From Nitrososphaeraceae archaeon (GTDB lineage: Archaea > Thermoproteota > Nitrososphaeria > Nitrososphaerales > Nitrososphaeraceae): 14,228 nucleotides of DNA. The stretch lies in the NCBI GenBank assembly GCA_044870765.1, contig JBIOZG010000050.1, forward strand, positions 1 through 14,228. The letters are read 5' to 3'. Shown here piece by piece: positions 1 through 6,678 of this stretch; the stretch's first letter is position 1; each line of letters begins with the position of its first letter. The translations under genes were made by a program, and so were the position numbers. Below the pieces are notes generated by a model. It was not told the DNA's origin, ran no database searches, and saw only the letters and a program-made list of their open reading frames with translations.

Positions 1-1
1 A

Positions 2-616
2 ATACGAGAAAAATGCAGGGATCCAAACAATTATGGGCGAGTTGTGAAAATTGTTCCAAGAGGCATGGATTTAGAACGTAACATCTTACGAGCCCTCATT
101 AATGGTAAAGATTACATTGGCGCTCTAAGATCCGTTCCTATAAACATACGAAGACTGTTTGTTCATGCTTATCAGGCATATATGTTTAATCAAACTTTGA
201 GCTGCATTATTGGAGATGGTGAATCAATCACTAATTGCTCTAAGAATGATTTTTGTTTCAAGTTAGAGAACCCATTGACTTTGGGAAAATTGTTGAAATA
301 TACCGGCGAGGATAGCTCTAACTTGGTCCCGGCGATGCATTTGCCTGGTTACTCCTTCAAAGTCCCGGAAGGACGGTTCGAAAGGAATTTGTCACTCATT
401 ATGAAAGAAGAGAATATTTCTCCCAAAGATTTCTATCTTAAAGAGATGCAGGAATTAAGCGTAGAAGGTGGATTTAGACAATTACCATTGTTAGTAAATG
501 ATTTTTCTTACTCGGATAATTTATTGATAAGTTTCAAAATACCCATTGGTTCATACGCAACCATTTTGTTGCGAGAATTAATGAAACCCGTCGATCCCAT
601 AAAATCTGGATTCTAG
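2..616 (+). CDS. truD: tRNA pseudouridine(13) synthase TruD/Pus7, C-terminal part (5'-truncated by the window edge)
   Basis: Frame is open from position 2 (IREKCRDPNNYGRVVKIVPRGMDLER...). It contains the TruD signatures 'RRLFVHAYQAYMFN' and the C-terminal 'FKIPIGSYATILLRELMK'. Confidence 0.92.
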   Translation: MREKCRDPNNYGRVVKIVPRGMDLERNILRALINGKDYIGALRSVPINIRRLFVHAYQAYMFNQTLSCIIGDGESITNCSKNDFCFKLENPLTLGKLLKYTGEDSSNLVPAMHLPGYSFKVPEGRFERNLSLIMKEENISPKDFYLKEMQELSVEGGFRQLPLLVNDFSYSDNLLISFKIPIGSYATILLRELMKPVDPIKSGF

Positions 617-710
617 CCAAAAAAATTCATTTTCAGAAAAATTGCAAGTGTATCTAAACATAATGATGCTTTGGGCCAATAGTGAATGCGGGCCTATCCT
701 ATCTATGTAA

Positions 711-718
711 TATAAATA
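711..718 (+). promoter_or_regulatory. Putative archaeal TATA box of the Cas4-like gene
   Basis: TATAAATA lies about 24 nt upstream of ATG 742, the spacing typical of leaderless archaeal transcripts. Confidence 0.55.
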
Positions 719-741
719 TGACTTTTAAGCAATGTGGAACG

Positions 742-1377
742 ATGCTTGGGGGCAGGAATTTCCATAAACTGATAGAGGATGAACTAATCAAGTTTTCCAA
801 AAAACTTGCAGTAGATTATGACCAAAATGGGATACACGTATTTGAAATAACACGTTGTAGTAGATTGTCTTATTTTGAGAGAATGGATGCTTTTGAAGAT
901 GAGTTTTCAAACGCATTGTCCAAATTACTCCAGGGTTCGTTTAGAAAGCTTCTAAATGGTATCACCCGAGAGTATAAAGTTGACGAACTTACTATTTACG
1001 CAACTGTAGATTTGATCATAGATAATGACATCGTTATTAACTTCATACCAGTTTCAGAATTACCGGAATTTCCACATCCATATGACCTACTCTACACCAA
1101 TGCATCCATTTTTGTTTTCGAAACCCAAGGCGGATTCATAGTTTACTTTACTCCCCAAGGCAAGTTTGTTGAATTCAGCGTTTCCCCAAGTAAACGAATG
1201 TTTGAGCAAGTTGTACGAAGAGCAAGAATCTTACACCTCTTACTTAAGGACAAAAAAACGCCAGTTGTAGAACCAAGCGAACTTTGTATTTCATGCAAGT
1301 ACTTTCAAAGATGTTTTGGACAGCAAAAAGAATCGGAACATTTGCTCGATGTCTTTGGGATTGGAAAGAAAAAATAA
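742..1377 (+). CDS. Solo Cas4-like (PD-(D/E)XK fold, Fe-S staple) protein with apparently degenerate nuclease motifs
   Basis: N-terminal 'IHVFEITRCSRLSYFER' (Cas4 Cys1 motif) and C-terminal 'PSELCISCKYFQRC' (Cx2Cx5C). 'YATVDLII' matches motif II. ATG 742 is preferred over GTG 682 because of the TATA box at 711. Confidence 0.8.
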   Translation: MLGGRNFHKLIEDELIKFSKKLAVDYDQNGIHVFEITRCSRLSYFERMDAFEDEFSNALSKLLQGSFRKLLNGITREYKVDELTIYATVDLIIDNDIVINFIPVSELPEFPHPYDLLYTNASIFVFETQGGFIVYFTPQGKFVEFSVSPSKRMFEQVVRRARILHLLLKDKKTPVVEPSELCISCKYFQRCFGQQKESEHLLDVFGIGKKK

Positions 1378-1380
1378 CTG

Positions 1381-1515
1381 TCAAGAGGTTTGTTTTTGTT
1401 CTCTTGATCCCTTTATCAACTGATTAATTCTTTTGGTTCGAACTCCAAACAGGATACCAGTAAATATTACAAAGGCCCCTGTTGCAATACCATACATTAA
1501 AAATACATCTGACAT
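1381..1515 (-). CDS. 44-aa single-pass membrane microprotein (absent from the ORF track)
   Basis: Manual translation gives MSDVFLMYGIATGAFVIFTGILFGVRTKRINQLIKGSREQKQTS*, a hydrophobic helix followed by a basic RTKR patch. A purine-rich BRE and ATTAAAT lie about 26 nt upstream on the minus strand. Confidence 0.65.
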   Translation of the reverse strand: MSDVFLMYGIATGAFVIFTGILFGVRTKRINQLIKGSREQKQTS

Positions 1516-1566
1516 ACTGCCATAACTCTAAATCATGAACATTTAATTTTTTCTGAATTTCCACAT

Positions 1567-2160
1567 TCAAGGCTTGGGATAGGCAATACTGAATTCCGCT
1601 TCGCCTCCGGTAGATTGAAAACTACTTGTTTGCTTAAAGAAATAAGTTCCATTTACCAAGAATTGTGAGGTGCCATTATTTGTGACAATCTGGGACAGGT
1701 TCAGACCACGGTTTGTATCAATCATTTTCTTATCTTTTAGAATAAGGGTTCCGTTTCCAATTACTGGAAAAATACTATCTTGGGAATCAATAAATCCTTC
1801 AGGTCTCTGTCCTATATCACCTGAAACAATTCTGGTAGAATTGGAATAAACGTTGTATGATATAGACTCAACCATTATTGTAATCTTATTTGGATTGTAC
1901 ACATCAAAAATGATTGAAATGTTTCCCGTTTTGTCATCAACGATGTTCGTAGTGATGTTTTTGATTGACAATTTAGGCGGTACAGCATCCTTAACTGCAT
2001 CATCATTGAAATTGAAAATACTTGCCTCTACAAAATTCATATTCATAATACCTAATTTTGAAACAGCATTTAACTGAAAGTTTCCATCGATATTGGTAGA
2101 ATAAATCATAGTCAATACTAATGCAATCGTTGCAATAGCGCCAGCAAATTTATTCCCCAT
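1567..2160 (-). CDS. Membrane-anchored LEA type 2 / WHy-domain protein
   Basis: N-terminal TM/signal segment and 'FDVYNPNKITIMVESISYNVYSNSTRIVSG', which carries the WHy NPN motif and the Y-x-V-Y-x-N...G pattern. Alternative TTG start at 2178. Confidence 0.7.
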   Translation of the reverse strand: MGNKFAGAIATIALVLTMIYSTNIDGNFQLNAVSKLGIMNMNFVEASIFNFNDDAVKDAVPPKLSIKNITTNIVDDKTGNISIIFDVYNPNKITIMVESISYNVYSNSTRIVSGDIGQRPEGFIDSQDSIFPVIGNGTLILKDKKMIDTNRGLNLSQIVTNNGTSQFLVNGTYFFKQTSSFQSTGGEAEFSIAYPKP

Positions 2161-2295
2161 GAAGTGTGCTATAGTCAATAGATTATTTTAGTCTATTTAT
2201 TGCGAAAGTGCCAGTTTGATATCCCAGACGGATTTTGAACTATGTCAGGATAATTTCTGGATTAAGATTATATTTATGACTGAATAATCCTGATT

Positions 2296-2823
2296 ATGTT
2301 CATTGGGGCCAGAAGGGCCATTCTCATAGGTGTTATTGGCGCAATCGTTGCATTTATTATTCTGTTTCCTGCTATACCTGACTTATTGAGGGGAGGTAGT
2401 GAATTGAGGGACGTGACCATCGACATTCAAAATATCGCGATAGAAAATACCAATACTGTTAACAATACTATCCCTTTAAAAGTAACTTTTAAGATAAATA
2501 ATCAAGACAATAAAGTATTATCAACTTCCAAAATTGATTACACAATTTACGCAAATAATACCAGTTTGGGTAATGGGTTACTATCGTATGAAGATATACC
2601 ACCAAACGGAAGGCCACAATTGTATCCGCATTCGCCCACCACACTTGAATCGACTTTCGTACTTGATCGCACAGCTTCTAATTCAGCACTTTTCGATAAA
2701 ATACACGATGTCAAATTTATGACAAATTCTACAGAGTGGAAGGTAAACGGAACAGCTCAGATAGATTCTGCATTTACTATATATCCAATTGATTTCGGCG
2801 GCAATCTACCAGCGCAAAATTAG
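2296..2823 (+). CDS. Membrane-anchored LEA type 2 / WHy-domain protein
   Basis: N-terminal TM helix (AILIGVIGAIVAFIILFP), 'FKINNQDNKVLSTSKIDYTIYANNTSLGNG' and the C-terminal 'WKVNGTAQI' strand. Confidence 0.7.
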   Translation: MFIGARRAILIGVIGAIVAFIILFPAIPDLLRGGSELRDVTIDIQNIAIENTNTVNNTIPLKVTFKINNQDNKVLSTSKIDYTIYANNTSLGNGLLSYEDIPPNGRPQLYPHSPTTLESTFVLDRTASNSALFDKIHDVKFMTNSTEWKVNGTAQIDSAFTIYPIDFGGNLPAQN

Positions 2824-2827
2824 GATT

Positions 2828-3268
2828 TTATTCTTTGTTCTTTATGTAGCTCTTTTCAAAACCAGCGATAATCCATTCTTCTAGCCAAACACACTTTGCA
2901 GGACTGTAAGGGCTGGTCTCATCTTCAGAAGAACATGAATGTTGATAAGCACAACTGAAGCATGGGGCTCCTTCAACACATTCAATCTGTATCGGCTTTC
3001 GATTGTATTCAGCAATTGCTGATTTCTTGACTATTAATTTGTATGTCCACCTGCCTTTGTGCAATATTTTTTCACGTGATATCAATGATTGTTTTTCAAG
3101 ATTACCTGCAAGTCTCGATCCGTCTCTACTGTCAAGAGAGAATTCCTTGCAAATTTCCGTTTGAAAAACACCGTCCTCACCACTTTTCAGAATTGCTTGA
3201 AATACCTGCTCAAATAATTCGTGCTTATTTTTATACGTACTTCTTGGAAGATTAACAATTTGAGACAA
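2828..3268 (-). CDS. Transcription factor TFEbeta (archaeal RPC34/C39-like; winged helix plus [4Fe-4S] domain)
   Basis: wHTH 'GEDGVFQTEICKEFSLDSRDGSRLAGNLEKQSLISREKILHKGRWTYKL' and C-terminal 'PCFSCAYQHSC-x13-CVWLEEW'. TTG 3268 is preferred given the TATA-like sequence near 3291-3300; the ORF track starts at 3286. Confidence 0.8.
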   Translation of the reverse strand: MSQIVNLPRSTYKNKHELFEQVFQAILKSGEDGVFQTEICKEFSLDSRDGSRLAGNLEKQSLISREKILHKGRWTYKLIVKKSAIAEYNRKPIQIECVEGAPCFSCAYQHSCSSEDETSPYSPAKCVWLEEWIIAGFEKSYIKNKE

Positions 3269-3599
3269 AAGATAGATTTGTATCAAGCTAATAATATAAA
3301 AATCTTGGCATTATCTATTATATTTCTAACTTATATTGAGGGATATTGACATTTTCTATCCTTGGTTAGAAATTTCTTAATTTGTTCTGCAATCCGTGCC
3401 AATTCATTTAGTTTATTCATTTCAGTCATGTACATTTAGTTACGTTGGTTGGTCAGCCTAGTTATTTTGTTACCTTCACCTGAAATTGATAAACGTTTCA
3501 ATATTTGAAAACGATCTGCAATATTGGTTTACATATAGTTTCCAGATCTATTATTATCCTCGTGATTCTTGAATTTTGGATGAATGCGAATATGTCAAC

Positions 3600-3719
3600 T
3601 GCGGTCACCGGGATTTGAATTCCCGCTCCAGCTAAGTAGAGTCCCGGGTTACGGGCTTTCTTCTCCAATTTATTTTGGAGTGGAAGGCCAGTGTCCTAAC
3701 CAAACTAGACGATGACCGC
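3600..3719 (-). tRNA. tRNA-Gly(UCC) with two introns (37/38 at 3658-3680; 53/54 at 3620-3642)
   Basis: Minus strand reads GCGGTCA-TC-GTCTAGTTTGGTTAGGAC-A-CTGGC-CT-TCC-A[23 nt]A-GCCCG-TAAC-CCGGG[23 nt]TTCAAAT-CCCGG-TGACCGC-A. Both inserts fold into bulge-helix-bulge-type motifs. Confidence 0.92.
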
Positions 3720-3767
3720 ATATCTTTTATGCGATGATAATCTGGATATTAAATCTTGTGAACATTG

Positions 3768-4334
3768 TTATTTTTTATTTTCTGGAAAGATGTAATTCAA
3801 GAGCATATCCACCATCCTGTTTTTGCCTTTTTCTTTGATATTTGTAAATCTCTTGTCCGTCTTTTCCTTCTTGGAATCTTCCTGTATACTTTCTGCCGGT
3901 CTTTTATCAAATGATCCCTCAAACTGTATTTTGTAACCTTTGTAATTTGCGGTGGCCACCTCAAAAATGTCCTTTTGTTGATACGAACTGATGAAATAGA
4001 TTACAGGGGGATTGGGTCTCTTCTTCACATCGTCCATAACTTTAGAAAAAAGATGAGCTACGCTATCGCATGAACTATCAATTACCAGCTTTGATTCCTC
4101 AATACCTTTGCTGACAAGAATATTCTTAACCAAATTCCCTACTTTAGTGTCAGCAACAACCTTGATGAAAGTATCCGATTTATCAGGTTTGGATTTCATA
4201 ACTCGTTCAAAAACTTTATTGCACACAGATATTCTATCCACAACATGTTCCGGCAGCTGTTCATTTGACTCTAATTTCACAAAATTGCAATAAATAATTA
4301 TAATATTTCCAGATACGAATCTATTTTCAGACAT
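3768..4334 (-). CDS. Hypothetical protein, weakly DUF218/YdcF-like
   Basis: 188-aa ORF. 'LVSKGIEESKLVIDSSCDSV' and 'VIYFISSYQQ' loosely resemble DUF218 motifs. Confidence 0.6.
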   Translation of the reverse strand: MSENRFVSGNIIIIYCNFVKLESNEQLPEHVVDRISVCNKVFERVMKSKPDKSDTFIKVVADTKVGNLVKNILVSKGIEESKLVIDSSCDSVAHLFSKVMDDVKKRPNPPVIYFISSYQQKDIFEVATANYKGYKIQFEGSFDKRPAESIQEDSKKEKTDKRFTNIKEKGKNRMVDMLLNYIFPENKK

Positions 4335-4368
4335 AGTACTTTAGATTACCGCCATAGAAATAAATTTT

Positions 4369-4689
4369 TTACCAATCTACTTTCTTTGGAGAATTAAGCT
4401 GTCTTTCCAATTCATCTAATCTCTGTACTGCATCCTGATTTTGTCTTACTTCAGAATAAGATGTATCGTTTCTTATTTTGTTCATGAGTTCTGCTACCTC
4501 CTGGACCGTTACTCCATGTTTTATATCATATTCTATTTGCTTCGAACAGCTGGAAATAGTGCTATATTTTTTGAAATTGCGCTTTTCAAATGATGATGCA
4601 TCAGGGGAAATTCCCTTCATGTAACGGAGAATTACTTTTTCAACATGTTCCAGATGCCAATCTCTCATTGCAAAATTGTTGGGCTTCAT
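4369..4689 (-). CDS. Hypothetical protein (helical, 106 aa)
   Basis: Clean ATG-started ORF with a TATA-like ATTAAATA about 32 nt upstream. No family recognised. Confidence 0.7.
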   Translation of the reverse strand: MKPNNFAMRDWHLEHVEKVILRYMKGISPDASSFEKRNFKKYSTISSCSKQIEYDIKHGVTVQEVAELMNKIRNDTSYSEVRQNQDAVQRLDELERQLNSPKKVDW

Positions 4690-4804
4690 GGCATGTACTC
4701 AGAAATATGTGCGCTATGGATATTTAATCTATTATATATGACAATTTTGAGACTCAAAAAAGAAACTTTCGCAGATGACCATAATTTCCTCGAAAGAAGG
4801 TTAT

Positions 4805-6160
4805 TCACAAATACTCTGATAATCTAATTTTTTCAACTCCAGGTATTTTCGCAATTTCAAATCTGTCTTTTGACTTCAATAGCGTTGCAGTTGCATCTAT
4901 TCCCATTTTTGTAGTTAGAAGATTATTCTGATCGCTTGAAGGATCTAAACTTGAACCCTTTGAATTTGGGATAGCTATGAGATCCTTATCTGCCTGACAC
5001 CTTGTGGAAATAGCATACTCCACCTCAGTTGGGTTTGTGGGATCTATATCACAATCAACTACAATAGCAATTTTTAATGACGGATGACCAGCGAAAGCGG
5101 CAATAATTGCATTTTTTGGTTCTCCTTCCAATCTTTTTCTTATTTGAATCACAGCAACGAGCCAATTGCTACCTCCATCTGTCAAATGAACTTTCCTAGT
5201 CCCTGGTACTACATCCTTCACGCTATGAAAAAGTTTAGATTCTATCGGTAATCCCATCAATAATCTATGTTCTCCATAGCCGGGCAAGATGTCATGGTAA
5301 ATAGAATCACTTGTTAAGTAAATTTTATCTAATTCAAATACTGGTTGTTTCCTTTTAATATCGTAAGTTCTTAACATTTCCACCATTTGTTCCTCTGCTG
5401 TTTCGTCCGCAAGAATCCTTCCTTCCAAAAGGATCTCAGAGTTTGTCGGAACATAGAGTCCTGTACCAGGAGACTTTGTCAGTGACAATTTGTTTCTCAT
5501 TAGCGAATTTGCTATGTTCAGTTCATTCTCCCCATAGGGCGCCTGATAAGCTGCAGCAACCGACACTGCTGGGTGGGTACCAATTATTATCGAAACAGGT
5601 AAGTCCTCATTATGATCATTTGCACTGGTAAAACATTTATGGAGATGTCTCCCTTCTACCATTCTTATGACCATTCTATTTTTATCCAACCTCAACAGCC
5701 GATGAGTTGAAAGATTCTGAGTACCTGTTTCTTTGTCTTTTGCTATGACTAAGGATGAAGTTATGAAAGCTCCAGAGTCCTTTTCAAAATGTGTTACTAT
5801 TGGCAGGTCAAACAAGTTTTTAGAGATTTTACCCCAAATCTTGTTATCCGTTAGATTTTTTATCTCAGATTTGTTTCTTATAGCTTCATTAATTCTTTCT
5901 TGAATTAGATTTTCATTCTTTGAATTAACCGACAGCGCAATTCTGTATCTTGTACCCAAGACGTTTGCAGCCACTTTTATTTTGCTATCTTTTACAGATT
6001 CAAAAACTATCGCCTTTCCCTTATCTAACTTGCTTACAATTCCGGCAAGTTCGAATTTTGGATCTACTGCTTTTGTTATTCTTATTAATTGGTCATTTTT
6101 CTCTAATTCGTTTAAAAAATCGGTAAAGCCCCGTATTTTGTCAAATTCAAACTTTTTCAT
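4805..6160 (-). CDS. UbiD-family prFMN-dependent decarboxylase, probably anhydromevalonate phosphate decarboxylase
   Basis: UbiD motifs 'LPIVTHFEKDSGAFITS', 'NLSTHRL', 'EILLEG', 'VVDCDIDP..EVEYAISTR', 'GSSLDPS', 'KMGIDAT'. 'RHL', 'TYD' and 'EHRLLMGLPIE' resemble the archaeal AMPD subgroup. Confidence 0.9.
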   Translation of the reverse strand: MKKFEFDKIRGFTDFLNELEKNDQLIRITKAVDPKFELAGIVSKLDKGKAIVFESVKDSKIKVAANVLGTRYRIALSVNSKNENLIQERINEAIRNKSEIKNLTDNKIWGKISKNLFDLPIVTHFEKDSGAFITSSLVIAKDKETGTQNLSTHRLLRLDKNRMVIRMVEGRHLHKCFTSANDHNEDLPVSIIIGTHPAVSVAAAYQAPYGENELNIANSLMRNKLSLTKSPGTGLYVPTNSEILLEGRILADETAEEQMVEMLRTYDIKRKQPVFELDKIYLTSDSIYHDILPGYGEHRLLMGLPIESKLFHSVKDVVPGTRKVHLTDGGSNWLVAVIQIRKRLEGEPKNAIIAAFAGHPSLKIAIVVDCDIDPTNPTEVEYAISTRCQADKDLIAIPNSKGSSLDPSSDQNNLLTTKMGIDATATLLKSKDRFEIAKIPGVEKIRLSEYL

Positions 6161-6162
6161 AG

Positions 6163-6522
6163 TTAATCATTTGTTTTTGTTTCCAACAATTTTAATACTT
6201 CATTCATTAACTCTTGCATTTCGCTCAATGTCAGTGGATTCTTGTTGTTCAAGTTTGTTATTGTGATTCCATTCGTCATTAATGAAAGTTTTTCCGAAAG
6301 AGTTTTCATAAAGATGGGATCCTTTATGTTTGGTATTACTCTGGCACTTTGGGTTCTATTGTTAGAGGCGACAGAAACATGAATACCGCCAATTTTGCAA
6401 AAATCTTCAGAAAAGGAAACAAAACAACCATTATTAAATTCGACGAATTTTAGAAAAAAAACGCGATTTGATTTTAAGATTATTTTCTTCTCGACAAAGT
6501 TTCCTTGATGAGGTTCGCTCAT
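6163..6522 (-). CDS. Small alpha/beta protein, proteasome assembly chaperone 4 (PAC4)-like
   Basis: Strand/helix pattern 'FFLKFVEFNNGCFVSFSE...IGGIHVSV...FMKTLSEKLSLMTNGITITNL' recalls the PAC3/PAC4 fold. It ends 2 nt before the ubiD start. Alternative TTG start at 6531. Confidence 0.55.
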   Translation of the reverse strand: MSEPHQGNFVEKKIILKSNRVFFLKFVEFNNGCFVSFSEDFCKIGGIHVSVASNNRTQSARVIPNIKDPIFMKTLSEKLSLMTNGITITNLNNKNPLTLSEMQELMNEVLKLLETKTND

Positions 6523-6678
6523 TGTAAACAATTAATATTCTAGTAATTCAAGATATCTAAATCATTTGATTTCTCATTAGTTTATATTTTTGCATTCTTC
6601 TCATCTATTGAATATCCTCTGGATAAACTTCCTTGATATTGTCGTATCATTATATTAGACTGCAAAAGCGATGTACAG

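Noticed and set aside
44-616. 190-aa ORF as a complete or truncated (pseudo)gene
   Set aside because: The frame is open to the window edge, so this is simply the 3' part of truD.
617-1566. CRISPR-Cas locus suggested by the Cas4-like gene
   Set aside because: No repeat-spacer array and no other cas genes are visible anywhere in the window.
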